From the sequence record MN453779.2: 64,000 nt of DNA. The stretch is one strand, 5' to 3'. The position numbers and the translations under genes were made by a program. This document shows, one piece after another, positions 1-9,399 of this stretch. How positions within the stretch are numbered: the first letter of the stretch is position 1; each line of letters opens with the position of its first letter. The notes under the pieces are model-generated. The model was given only the letters and a program-made list of their open reading frames with translations, was not told where the DNA came from and ran no database searches.

Positions 1-268
1 CTTTTAAGTGGGAGAAATCTTGATTAGGATTCTCTATTCCATTTAAATAAGAAATAGTCCAGATCATATCTTCAGGAATAAGACTATTCATTCCCCCCAT
101 ACTCCTAAGTAGTTTATGAAAATTGTTGCGATAAGCGAACCGTAAACTATCATCTACAAAAGGAGAGAATGAAGCTCTAGCTAAAAGGATTTCTTTACAA
201 CTTCGAATAATAGTTTTGTATTCTTCAGTGTAGAAAAAAGAATTACCAGAGTTCATAGAAATTGGCAT
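1..268 (-). CDS. Hypothetical protein, 5' part (runs off the window start)
   Basis: Not in the ORF track; translated by hand from ATG at 268: MPISMNSGNSFFYTEEYKTIIRSCKEILLARASF...WTISYLNGIENPNQDFSHLK, open to position 2; divergent from the RNAP gene. Confidence 0.75.
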   Translation of the reverse strand, partial: MPISMNSGNSFFYTEEYKTIIRSCKEILLARASFSPFVDDSLRFAYRNNFHKLLRSMGGMNSLIPEDMIWTISYLNGIENPNQDFSHLK

Positions 269-303
269 GACAAAAGTTTCCTTTTATTAATTTTTTACAA
301 GCC

Positions 304-337
304 CTATAATATTTCAGACCGATATTATTAGAATGTA
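304..337 (+). promoter_or_regulatory. Putative early (virion-RNAP) promoter, 34-bp motif copy 1
   Basis: CTATAATATTTCAGACCGATATTATTAGAATGTA; aligns ungapped with five other intergenic copies; TATTA[C/T] core resembles the phiKZ early promoter; lies upstream of a nvRNAP subunit. Confidence 0.7.
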
Positions 338-358
338 ATTCTAGGGAGATATTTAAAA

Positions 359-2461
359 ATGAAAGACAAGAAACCTAAAAACCAACTTACCCATAGAACA
401 AATGGTCTAGCGGTCGGGCTGAACGCATGTAAAGTCTCTTCATCACCTGCTAGATTATACATGCTTTCGAAAAATCTCGGCAAAGCGGCGGTAGTCTGGC
501 ATCCGACAAATAGGAAGTTTAGCGCTGGCGATGAAGTCGAGTATGGGAAGACTGCTCGAAAAGTAGAAGCAGAGTCTGATGTGGAAGTTGAGGCTATTTT
601 CTTTCCACGTAATATCCTTAACACCACCGAGCCTAATCTTTGGGGTAAAGTAAACGTTATAGTTCGTAATCTAGAAACAGGAATCTATGACGTGATTGAA
701 CTGGAAAAGTTCAATACTCAAAACATGGATTTGGGATTCGAGTACAAATACGATGATGATCTACTTCGTAGTATCAAACCTGGTAGTCAATATCGTAAAG
801 GGACTGTGTTTGGACAATCAGCTCGTATTTCTGAGAGTAATGAATGGTGTCCAGGTATTGAAACTAAAGTAGCTGCTATGAGCCACGTCTATACAGAAGA
901 AGATGCTGTTCTGATCTTTGAAAGTTATGCACGTAAGGTTGGTGTTACTTTTAGTCGTAAACATGATTACCAGTGGAACGAAGAAGAGTTTATTCCGCTT
1001 AACTTGTACGGTAGCGCTGATAAACCACAACTCTGTCCACTGTCTGGCGAGCGCGTTCGGGAAGACGGTATTGTAATGGGGTTTCGTCGTAAGGATCCTA
1101 ATGCAGGTATCTCAGGGATGACTAAACGCTCCCTGATGATTCCAGATCCTATTTACGATGTATTGTTCTACTCCAGCCCAAACTGTATTGTAGCTGACAT
1201 CGAAGTTCAAACAGAACGTTACAAGAACCAATCTAATAATCGTAAAGCTGAGAAGCTCACTCAACCTCACACTTTGATCTTGGAAAAGATCGAAGAAGAA
1301 TATAACAACTATTATAACGATATTGTTAAATGGTTCGTTAATAAAGAACGTCAATATGCTGACAATGTTCCTTTGTCAGGGAAACTCTGGAATCTGATCT
1401 TTATGGCACGCGGTGCTATTACAAGGGATTTCAGCACTCCTCACTCTAATGGTAAATTCCATAAGGTAAAACGTAAAATCCACAACATCAATCTAAAGGA
1501 CTGGCGTATTATCGTTACTCTTAAGGAAGATGTAGAAGGTAAGGTACGTTTCAAGAATACTGGTATGGATGGTAACAAATCCGTTATCATGAAAATCTTA
1601 CCTGACTCTATGGCGCCTGTAGATGAGTATGGTAACAAAGCTGATATGATTGTGGGTAATACACCTGCATTTCGTCGTCAAACTTTGGGGTCGTTGATCG
1701 AGCTTGACGTGAACTTTGTTAACCAATATGTTTACAGAGAGATTAAACAAGCTTTTGAAAGTAAGGATTACGTGACAGCTTGGGATAAAGCACATCTGTT
1801 CTACAAAACAGTTAATCCCTCATTTGGGGAACTGGTAGAACAACTGAACGCTGAAGAACGAATGGCTCACCTAAGATGGATTATGAAAGATGAGAATGAA
1901 TTCGGTATTCTAGCACCTTCCGGTACTGATGACATAGGGATTAAGATCACTGAACGTTTGGCTGATACTTATGCTCATATCAAACCAACCCCTGTTACTT
2001 ACATGAACGAGAATGGAGTCAAGATCACTACCATTCACCCTATTGTAATTAGTTCACTTTATTACTTGATGCTGGATAAGTTTGGTGATGACATTAGTTG
2101 TCAATCTATGCCCAAACTTAATATCTTTGGACTTCCAACCTCACTTAGTAAGCACGAACGTTCTCGTGACTTCTATCGTGCCACGTTGAACCGTAACGTT
2201 GGTGAAACTGAAGGTCGGTTGTTCGTTAACCAGAAAGGCGGAGCTGCTGCTGTACGTAGTTTGGCACTAGCTAACAGTCCTGAGTTGTTAAGCTTGGCTG
2301 GTAAACGTATTATCCGTGCTGATAATCCATTCTTGATTAAACATCTGATTAAACCAGGTGAGGAACGACGTAACCATTCTCTACAAGTGATTGATAACAT
2401 CATGAGTGACTTTGGTCTTAAGCTTAGAACAGAGCGTTCTAGCGACCGTACCCACGATTAA
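359..2461 (+). CDS. Non-virion RNA polymerase beta subunit, C-terminal half (phiKZ gp71/73-like)
   Basis: RpoB-like motifs: GKVRFKNTGMDGNKSVI (cf. GDK..GRHGNKGV), DMIVGNTPAFRRQTLGSLIE, YYLMLDK, GETEGR; continuous ORF. Confidence 0.9.
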   Translation: MKDKKPKNQLTHRTNGLAVGLNACKVSSSPARLYMLSKNLGKAAVVWHPTNRKFSAGDEVEYGKTARKVEAESDVEVEAIFFPRNILNTTEPNLWGKVNVIVRNLETGIYDVIELEKFNTQNMDLGFEYKYDDDLLRSIKPGSQYRKGTVFGQSARISESNEWCPGIETKVAAMSHVYTEEDAVLIFESYARKVGVTFSRKHDYQWNEEEFIPLNLYGSADKPQLCPLSGERVREDGIVMGFRRKDPNAGISGMTKRSLMIPDPIYDVLFYSSPNCIVADIEVQTERYKNQSNNRKAEKLTQPHTLILEKIEEEYNNYYNDIVKWFVNKERQYADNVPLSGKLWNLIFMARGAITRDFSTPHSNGKFHKVKRKIHNINLKDWRIIVTLKEDVEGKVRFKNTGMDGNKSVIMKILPDSMAPVDEYGNKADMIVGNTPAFRRQTLGSLIELDVNFVNQYVYREIKQAFESKDYVTAWDKAHLFYKTVNPSFGELVEQLNAEERMAHLRWIMKDENEFGILAPSGTDDIGIKITERLADTYAHIKPTPVTYMNENGVKITTIHPIVISSLYYLMLDKFGDDISCQSMPKLNIFGLPTSLSKHERSRDFYRATLNRNVGETEGRLFVNQKGGAAAVRSLALANSPELLSLAGKRIIRADNPFLIKHLIKPGEERRNHSLQVIDNIMSDFGLKLRTERSSDRTHD

Positions 2462-2493
2462 GAAGTTCTTTTAGTTTAGTAAAAGAGGATCCG

Positions 2494-4518
2494 ATGAAAA
2501 CAATTAGATTAAGAGAATTTGCAGCACTTGATCAAGTTACAATGCTCAATATGACAGAGCGTCGTTATAAAGTGGAAGTGATCGATGATCAAGGGGAAAA
2601 AGTTATCACTGATAGTTGGCTATTGGCTATTAACTGGTACACTCTTATCCCTCATCGTTACTTCCACAATGAGCCTTATTATATTGACGAGGTAATCGTT
2701 CTGAAGTCCAAGGAAGGACGTCAGAGCTTTATTGACGATGATAAGTTGAAACATCCGGTGGACAACTTCCTAGGTCGTATTATGCCTAAGAACGACGATC
2801 CCGCTTTCTACGATATGATTAAACAATTGATTTTTGTTTATCATAACGCTTGTCATAACTATTTGTGCGTTAAATCCGAGCACGGTGTTGTATCGGCTCG
2901 TTCTATGGACGTGTTACATGTACTGAGAAATCCAAAGATCGCTGATCTGAAGAAACGTGTTCAATCAGGTCAAACTTGTATGGCTGATGGAGCTAAAGAG
3001 TTTGAACAGATCATGATGACCGAGCCTGATTTTGATAAATCAGTATTTGGGTTATTGTACCGCACACGTTCTGTATCAAGCGTCCAGTCATTCCAGTTGG
3101 TAATAGCTCGTGGTGATGTAACAGATCTTAACGGAACTATTCTCCCTAATACCATTATGGAATCGTACGCTGATGGTATTACCAATCTTGCTGATAGTCT
3201 AGCTGACTCTAAAGGTGCTGGTTTCTCGTTGATCTCTAACGGACAGGCACTACAGGACTCTGAGTGGTTCCACAAGAAGATCCACAACGTTGCTCAGGTA
3301 GTTAAAGGTATTGACTACCAAAAGGACTGTGGGAGCACTACAGGGACGATTGTAAAGATTGTCTCTAAAGAGTTTAAACAGTCTTTGGCTGGGAAGTGGC
3401 GAATCCTGGAAGATGGTTCTTTGGAACTATTGATCGGTAAAGCGTTGGATAAGATCGAAACTGGAGAAAGGGTAACTTATCGCTCTGTAGCTTGGTGTCG
3501 ACATGGTAGAACAGGAAGACCGTGTTCCGTGTGTTTTGGTAAAATGGAATCAGCACTGCCGTTTAACCCTTACACACGAAGAGGAGCAGTTCCTGGATTG
3601 TTCTACGGCTCTACTCTTGCTGAACCTATTGGTCAATCTATCCTTAAGACTAAACACCGGATTGGTTCTGCGTCAGCTAAAGGGTTTGTAGTTAATCGAG
3701 CTGATGCTGATTATATTACTGGTGATGAGTCTGGTGACTATATCTACTTTAAGAAAGAGATCCTTAATGAAGATTCTGATCCATATTTGATCTTGGATAA
3801 GGAAACACAGCAAGACTTCTCCGACTTTAAGTTTATGGAAAACTTGGAAGATATTGATCTGTCGCGTGTTCTTAGAACATACGAAACAATTAAACTGCGG
3901 GTAAGTATTTCTAACCCTATGTTTGAGAGTAAGAAAGCGGTTCATTATCCCATCATCACCACTACTGTTGCAAGTCGCGATGCAAGGATGACCAGAGCGC
4001 TTGTAGAGTACTTGTTGGAGCAACCTATAGAGGAGGAGGGTAAAACCTTTAAGATCTCTCTTAAGGGGTTTGACGCTAAGGAGCCGGCATTTGAGTTACC
4101 GCAAGTAAACGAGGACTTGGATGCCTATCGTAAGAGGGTAGAAAACAAGTTTAAGTTTGATGAAGTTAAGAATCGTTGGGATCACTGGATTACACCTGAA
4201 ATCTTTGGTGAGTACGTGGTATCTCTTTGGAAGGTAATTGATGAGAAGTACAAAGGTGCTAACATCATCATGACTGATATCTTCCTCTGGGCTTGTACAG
4301 CTATTGATCCTAATAACCTGGATTATGGTTTGCCTGGTGAAGCTGACAAACGTGTGTTTGTTTCACTGCACGAGTCTATTATCCATGGTGGTATGAGTAA
4401 TGCGCTAGTATACGGTTATCAGAAAGAAAGCTTAATTAACGAACCATATCGGTTCCTTGTTAAGAACCGTAAGGGCGGTGTACTGGAAGCATTCATGAAT
4501 CCAATCGCAATTAAGTGA
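2494..4518 (+). CDS. Non-virion RNA polymerase beta' subunit, C-terminal half (phiKZ gp74-like)
   Basis: Zn-site Cys cluster (DCGST...CRHGRTGRPCSVCFG), trigger-loop-like LAEPIGQSILKTKH, directly after the beta subunit. Confidence 0.88.
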   Translation: MKTIRLREFAALDQVTMLNMTERRYKVEVIDDQGEKVITDSWLLAINWYTLIPHRYFHNEPYYIDEVIVLKSKEGRQSFIDDDKLKHPVDNFLGRIMPKNDDPAFYDMIKQLIFVYHNACHNYLCVKSEHGVVSARSMDVLHVLRNPKIADLKKRVQSGQTCMADGAKEFEQIMMTEPDFDKSVFGLLYRTRSVSSVQSFQLVIARGDVTDLNGTILPNTIMESYADGITNLADSLADSKGAGFSLISNGQALQDSEWFHKKIHNVAQVVKGIDYQKDCGSTTGTIVKIVSKEFKQSLAGKWRILEDGSLELLIGKALDKIETGERVTYRSVAWCRHGRTGRPCSVCFGKMESALPFNPYTRRGAVPGLFYGSTLAEPIGQSILKTKHRIGSASAKGFVVNRADADYITGDESGDYIYFKKEILNEDSDPYLILDKETQQDFSDFKFMENLEDIDLSRVLRTYETIKLRVSISNPMFESKKAVHYPIITTTVASRDARMTRALVEYLLEQPIEEEGKTFKISLKGFDAKEPAFELPQVNEDLDAYRKRVENKFKFDEVKNRWDHWITPEIFGEYVVSLWKVIDEKYKGANIIMTDIFLWACTAIDPNNLDYGLPGEADKRVFVSLHESIIHGGMSNALVYGYQKESLINEPYRFLVKNRKGGVLEAFMNPIAIK

Positions 4519-4524
4519 AAATGT

Positions 4525-4558
4525 CCTACCTAGACACGTTGTTTAGGTAGGTTTTATT
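4525..4558 (+). terminator. Hairpin terminator
   Basis: CCTACCTAGAC-ACGTT-GTTTAGGTAGG followed by TTTTATT. Confidence 0.75.
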
Positions 4559-4570
4559 TGGAGTTTAGTT

Positions 4571-4918
4571 ATGAAGCGTCTTTTTCTGATTAAAGCTGGA
4601 ACTGATCTACTTCCTTATTTGATGCCGAAGTTAAATCAAGTTCACGTCCCTAAAAAGAAACGCGGTATAATGAAAGCAGGAACCGATCTTGTTCTTATTT
4701 ATAGCAAAGGGAAGTGTTTGGTACAACGGGCGGATATTCGTACTCCCTATCGACACATGATTTTCACGTTCAATATTACAGATTGGCATAAGTACATTTA
4801 CCCTATGGAACTTACCTGTCTTTCCACACAGGGGCTAATAACAGATCAAGTAGACGGGTTACCTTGGGTTCAACCCGATGGATTTAAACCAAGTAGTGTA
4901 AATGTTAAAACATATTAA
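4571..4918 (+). CDS. Hypothetical protein, 115 aa
   Basis: ATG with upstream GGAG; internal KAGTDL duplication. Confidence 0.75.
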   Translation: MKRLFLIKAGTDLLPYLMPKLNQVHVPKKKRGIMKAGTDLVLIYSKGKCLVQRADIRTPYRHMIFTFNITDWHKYIYPMELTCLSTQGLITDQVDGLPWVQPDGFKPSSVNVKTY

Positions 4919-4927
4919 GGATAAATC

Positions 4928-5323
4928 ATGAAAAAGTTTTATTGCTTTACTGCTGGTCAATTGGTACCTTCCTGGGTTGTCGATTTTGTTTCCCACGACC
5001 GTGAATCAGAATTTAATAATAAAAATGCCAAGATAGTTTTCTCCAGTTCTTGTATAGGTATTAAAGAAGACGACGGACATGTCAAACTTCTTAGACTCAA
5101 TGATAAAAATGATGACCAAAATCATTTTTATATAAAAATTGACGATATGGTTAACGCAGATGTTGGTGGTGTCGGTAAGGGTCGCGGTATTCATATCTCA
5201 AGTAGAAGTCACCAAAAAGATTTTGGTAAGGGTCTTCACTATTCACACTCTATTGTAAATGGCAAAGAAGTCCTAACTCAACTGAAAGGATCCGATGATG
5301 TCTCTATCCAAGGAAGTAAATAA
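4928..5323 (+). CDS. Hypothetical protein, 131 aa
   Basis: ATG with upstream AAGGA; tightly packed after the previous ORF. Confidence 0.75.
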   Translation: MKKFYCFTAGQLVPSWVVDFVSHDRESEFNNKNAKIVFSSSCIGIKEDDGHVKLLRLNDKNDDQNHFYIKIDDMVNADVGGVGKGRGIHISSRSHQKDFGKGLHYSHSIVNGKEVLTQLKGSDDVSIQGSK

Positions 5324-5414
5324 ACTCTTTGACGAAATAGAGCTCAAAATCTCTAAACTCCAAAAGAGACAGGTTGAGCGCAAAGAACCTGCTCAAACCC
5401 CTAAAAAGTCATAG
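5295..5414 (+). CDS. Small 39-aa ORF below the ORF-track cutoff
   Basis: AAAGGA at 5285-5290, then MMSLSKEVNKLFDEIELKISKLQKRQVERKEPAQTPKKS*; stop lies just before a hairpin. Confidence 0.55.
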   Translation: MMSLSKEVNKLFDEIELKISKLQKRQVERKEPAQTPKKS

Positions 5415-5416
5415 AA

Positions 5417-5451
5417 GTAAACTAAGGAGTGGTTTTCACCACTCCGTTTAC
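5417..5451 (+). terminator. Hairpin terminator
   Basis: GGAGTGGT-TTTC-ACCACTCC with outer GTAAAC/GTTTAC arms. Confidence 0.6.
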
Positions 5452-5564
5452 AAAAGTGCATTAATAAAAACAGTGGATATAATTCGTTAGAAACCAATCT
5501 TTTGTGACCCCTTTCCTAGAGGTTAAATGATATAACGTTTTATGTGTTCTGATGGAGATACCTA

Positions 5565-7706
5565 ATGAGAAAGACGTTAGAGGTTTATAAAGCTAGTACC
5601 TACGTTAGGCTCACTGGGTATAAACCGGAATTAGTTAAACAGATATTAATGCCTTTTTGTAAACGTAACTTTGCAAGAGTACAAAAGGTTCCAGGTGATT
5701 TATACGGAACACATAAGTGGGAAATCACCCATGTGTTCGCGAGATTCAATAATGATAAAACAGAATTAAGGTTCTGTTCATCAATGCTACCTGAACTAAT
5801 TAAACTCATGACTAGTTCCGGTTATAAAGAGTCACGCATTTCTATTCAAGACGAAAAGGTAATTAAACCTAAAAAGGTAGTATTACCTTTACTTAATCCA
5901 AAGATTAAACCAAGGGATGAAGAACAGGAAGAGTTCTGCGAGTTCATGATGAACGAAGATCCTCTTTCTATTAACAACCTTCCGCCGGGGAGGGGTAAAG
6001 CACAGCCATTATCATCACTAGTCAAAGTTCCAAATGGCTGGAAAAAGATGGGTGATATCCGACCGGGTGATAAAGTTACCGCTTGGGATGGTACAACTGT
6101 TAATGTTCTTTCTATACATCCACAGGGTGTGAAAGACATTTACGAGTTCACCTTTGCTGATGGAAGAACAGCTAAAAGTACCCTAGATCACCTTTGGAAG
6201 GTCTTTGATGCTGTATTGGATACTTGGGTGGTGTTAACAACCAAAGAGATCATACAGGGCGATGTAAAGCGTTTTTCAATACCATTGTTTAAACCTTCAA
6301 AAGAAGAATACGAAGATTTAAATAATCAGTTGGAAATGAACTGCTTGGTAATTGATGATAAAGTTGAAGAACGAACCTTTATGGCGAGTCGTGCCGAATA
6401 CATTACTGAGTCAGTAAGATCGTTAGGTGGAATTTGTGAGTGTAAATATAGTGATGGATTTTTCACAGTAACTGGAGACATAAGTCCTGTAGAAAATAAA
6501 CTCGGTATTGTGTCGGTGTTCAAGATCAGTCAAGAAGAAGCTCAATGTATTTCTATTGACCATCCAGATCACTTGTACATCACTGATAACTACGTAGTAA
6601 CACACAACACGTTCTGCGCCCTATACTCAGCACACCATGTTGGTGAAAGAGTTCTTATCACAGTTCTGCCACGGTTCGTTGATATCTGGGTTAAAGCGTT
6701 TGGTGAGTTTTACAATATCAAACCTGAAGATGTAGTAGTGGCTGACATCATTGGCGTTCCTGAACTACATCAAGCTATCGTTAATAACGTGATAGACCCT
6801 AAGATCATCATTCTTCCTTTAACTAAGATTGATATTTATCTGAAGAAAATGAGAGATGATGAAACTCTACCAAGTCTTGATCAAGTGTTCAATGATCTTG
6901 GTTGTGGGATCCGTGTTATTGACGAAGCGCATGAATCGATCTATTCGGTTTATAGTAGTTTGATGTTTGGTAACCACAAACGCACTTTTGTGTTATCAGG
7001 GACATTGAAAGGTGATGATGAATTTGTAAACAAAATTTACAATGCAATCTTTCCCTTTAGTTGTTACCTGAGATCTCCAGAACACACACCTTACATGCAC
7101 GTTGTTGCTTATTTCCATCGAATGGATTTATTTAAACATCGTATAAATACAAAAGGTTTTGGTGGTTATAGCCACGTAAAATTTGAGCAAGGGATATTAA
7201 AGAAACCTTGTTTATTTGAAAACTACTACCAAATGCTTTTAGGTGCGTATAAACAGTTTTATTTGGACGACTACTTAGAAGGTCAAAAGTCAATGTGGTT
7301 TTTTGCCACTACTGAGTTTTGTGATAAGTTCAATGAAAGGTTACTTGTTGACTATCCAGAGTTAGATTCTATTGTCTTTAACTCTAAGACTAGTAAAAAG
7401 GACCCAAATGGATACAGAGAACACACCAATGTCGTAACAACGCCAGGATCTTGCGGTACCGGAAAAGACATACCCAAGCTCTTTACAGTGTTCTCACCTA
7501 TAGCTGTGTCTTCTTCCCAGCGTAACAACCAAATGGTCTGTCGCACTAGACCAGTTGATAAATGGTGGCCAGAACTAATGCCGTACTTTGTTTATTTTGT
7601 TTGTCAAGATGAGAAAAAGCAAGTAGAGTACGGTAGAAAGAGAAGGGAACTTTTTAATGGTGTTTGTAAGAAGTTTTCTATTATCGATAGTGGTGTAAGA
7701 ATGTAA
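5565..7706 (+). CDS. Superfamily 2 (DEAH-box) helicase, phiKZ gp75-like, interrupted by an intein
   Basis: Walker A PPGRGK/T split by the intein, VIDEAH, SGT (motif III), TPGSCGTGKDIP (motif V), QMVCRTR (motif VI). Confidence 0.88.
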   Translation: MRKTLEVYKASTYVRLTGYKPELVKQILMPFCKRNFARVQKVPGDLYGTHKWEITHVFARFNNDKTELRFCSSMLPELIKLMTSSGYKESRISIQDEKVIKPKKVVLPLLNPKIKPRDEEQEEFCEFMMNEDPLSINNLPPGRGKAQPLSSLVKVPNGWKKMGDIRPGDKVTAWDGTTVNVLSIHPQGVKDIYEFTFADGRTAKSTLDHLWKVFDAVLDTWVVLTTKEIIQGDVKRFSIPLFKPSKEEYEDLNNQLEMNCLVIDDKVEERTFMASRAEYITESVRSLGGICECKYSDGFFTVTGDISPVENKLGIVSVFKISQEEAQCISIDHPDHLYITDNYVVTHNTFCALYSAHHVGERVLITVLPRFVDIWVKAFGEFYNIKPEDVVVADIIGVPELHQAIVNNVIDPKIIILPLTKIDIYLKKMRDDETLPSLDQVFNDLGCGIRVIDEAHESIYSVYSSLMFGNHKRTFVLSGTLKGDDEFVNKIYNAIFPFSCYLRSPEHTPYMHVVAYFHRMDLFKHRINTKGFGGYSHVKFEQGILKKPCLFENYYQMLLGAYKQFYLDDYLEGQKSMWFFATTEFCDKFNERLLVDYPELDSIVFNSKTSKKDPNGYREHTNVVTTPGSCGTGKDIPKLFTVFSPIAVSSSQRNNQMVCRTRPVDKWWPELMPYFVYFVCQDEKKQVEYGRKRRELFNGVCKKFSIIDSGVRM
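6000..6608 (+). mobile_element. Class 3 mini-intein, 203 aa, in the helicase P-loop
   Basis: Starts AQPLSSLVKVPNGWKKMGDIRPGD; block B STLDHLW; block F AQCISID; ends VVTHN followed by extein Thr. Ala1 plus the W-C-T triad; no intact LAGLIDADG domain. Confidence 0.92.
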
Positions 7707-7715
7707 ATAAAAACT

Positions 7716-7753
7716 GACTCTACCAAGCTTTGATGCTTGGTAGAGTCTTTATT
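7716..7753 (+). terminator. Hairpin terminator
   Basis: GACTCTACCAAGC-TTTGAT-GCTTGGTAGAGTC followed by TTTATT. Confidence 0.8.
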
Positions 7754-7767
7754 AAAGGTTGAGAGAA

Positions 7768-8262
7768 ATGCAAGCTAATTTTAATACGATTACATTCTCG
7801 CTTCCTAATGTGAGAAACGAAGAAGTTTTAAATGCCATTGTAACTGGACTAATGACCATTATCGCTAATCAGTTTAACAACGGCGATGAAATGAGCTGTG
7901 TTTTCAATAGAGACATTGCTTATTACAGCATGGGAGAAGTCATTACTGATAATGTAATGGATGAGCAACAGTTCCAATCTTTACATCAGCAGGCAGTATC
8001 TGGACTAGAACATATATTAACACATCAGTTAACTACTCTAGAAATGCTTGTATCAACTTCTGACGGTCTTTCCGACATAATCCCATATGTTTCCCCTGGT
8101 GTTATCTTACTTTACATTAGAGAAGGTTTGGTGAGTAATATCAATGGCACGTATGCAAGTATAGAAAGTAACAATCAGGCTTATTTCGAATACTGCCAAA
8201 TAGTAGGAGATAAGCCAAGTAATAGTTTTCTTACTAATGGTGATTTCAGTGAGATCATTTAA
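7768..8262 (+). CDS. Hypothetical acidic protein
   Basis: Track ORF 7759..8262; ATG at 7768 preferred because it follows AGGTTGAGAG. Confidence 0.7.
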   Translation: MQANFNTITFSLPNVRNEEVLNAIVTGLMTIIANQFNNGDEMSCVFNRDIAYYSMGEVITDNVMDEQQFQSLHQQAVSGLEHILTHQLTTLEMLVSTSDGLSDIIPYVSPGVILLYIREGLVSNINGTYASIESNNQAYFEYCQIVGDKPSNSFLTNGDFSEII

Positions 8263-8641
8263 TCCAGCACCAATTAAAGAAAATAACTTAGAAGTGATAA
8301 GTCATCACTTTCTATTACCACGATTATACAAACCAGTGTTTACACCACAAGCTGTTTTAAACGAATGGTTGGTATTTTCCCTTGGTTCTTCTATATTAGA
8401 TTGTCGAGGTTCTTCTTTTTGTTTCATGTCTAGTGCTTTTGATAGTATTCTAGAAACCATTGATCCAGGCGATATCGACATAATCAATGAGATTATAGAG
8501 GAACTACAAGAGCAACATGAGCTGTTATTTTCTGATCATGTTTTTCAATCAATCTGTTTTAGTAATTTAGAGTTTTATAAGTTTAGTTATGAGTTGTACT
8601 CAACTTCCGGTAGAATCTTATTTCACGTAGATGAAGACTGA
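8237..8641 (+). CDS. Hypothetical acidic protein, 134 aa
   Basis: ORF overlapping the previous stop, GGAG upstream. Confidence 0.7.
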   Translation: MVISVRSFNPAPIKENNLEVISHHFLLPRLYKPVFTPQAVLNEWLVFSLGSSILDCRGSSFCFMSSAFDSILETIDPGDIDIINEIIEELQEQHELLFSDHVFQSICFSNLEFYKFSYELYSTSGRILFHVDED

Positions 8642-8675
8642 TTCCTTAACTAACCTAATTAAAAGAGTATAGACA

Positions 8676-9188
8676 ATGAACGCAATTAACCAAACACTCC
8701 CCGTGGAACCTTTAACCATATTTACAAACCCAGCTCCTGTAATGTTTAAACTTAACAGTTGTGATCTTTCTGATTACTTCGAGGGGTACAACTCAGAACA
8801 AACTCTTATTGCCCTTGAGGGAGCTTTAAACATTATCTTTAATCCAGATATTCTTCTAGCCAGAGTTGATGACACATTAACTACTGTTGAAGATCTAGGT
8901 TGGGATAGTGTTGAGAATACCATAACTTCTGAAACGGTATTTAAATTAGTTAATCAACATGATAGTTATACCGCAATGACACATGAGGAGTTAACAGATG
9001 CCTTTGCTAACTCCTTTGACTCAATTGTAAATAAACTATCCGAGGATATCACAGGTGATCACTTTAACTCTGATGTCTCAACTATATACTCAGAAATGGG
9101 AACGTTTAATAGCATTACTGTAAACTCTTATCTGTACGAAGAGAGAAGTAATGTATTAAGAGTATACCTTACTTTCAATATGTACTGA
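8676..9188 (+). CDS. Hypothetical acidic protein, 170 aa
   Basis: ORF ending just before a strong hairpin. Confidence 0.75.
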   Translation: MNAINQTLPVEPLTIFTNPAPVMFKLNSCDLSDYFEGYNSEQTLIALEGALNIIFNPDILLARVDDTLTTVEDLGWDSVENTITSETVFKLVNQHDSYTAMTHEELTDAFANSFDSIVNKLSEDITGDHFNSDVSTIYSEMGTFNSITVNSYLYEERSNVLRVYLTFNMY

Positions 9189-9196
9189 ACATACAT

Positions 9197-9236
9197 AAGT
9201 TCCCTACCTAACCTTGATTGGTTAGGTAGGGAACTT
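9197..9236 (+). terminator. Hairpin terminator
   Basis: AAGTTCCCTACCTAACC-TTGATT-GGTTAGGTAGGGAACTT, 17-bp perfect stem. Confidence 0.8.
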
Positions 9237-9333
9237 TAATTTACTTTTTCTATTTACTGACCAAGGATTTCTTTGTCACAAATACCTTTTACTACCCCAG
9301 ACGTTTATAGTTAAAGGGATATAAATCCCTACT

Positions 9334-9367
9334 CTATAATTTCTCAGACAGATATAATCCCAATGCA
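9334..9367 (+). promoter_or_regulatory. Putative early promoter, 34-bp motif copy 2 (divergent)
   Basis: CTATAATTTCTCAGACAGATATAATCCCAATGCA upstream of the HNH gene; 5' half matches the consensus, 3' half is degenerate. Confidence 0.5.
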
Positions 9368-9399
9368 TCACTACCAGGTGTAAACAAAAGGACCATATA

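Noticed and set aside
359-4518. Group I intron or HNH insertion in the nvRNAP genes, as in phiKZ gp71-73
   Set aside because: Both subunits are continuous ORFs with motifs in order.
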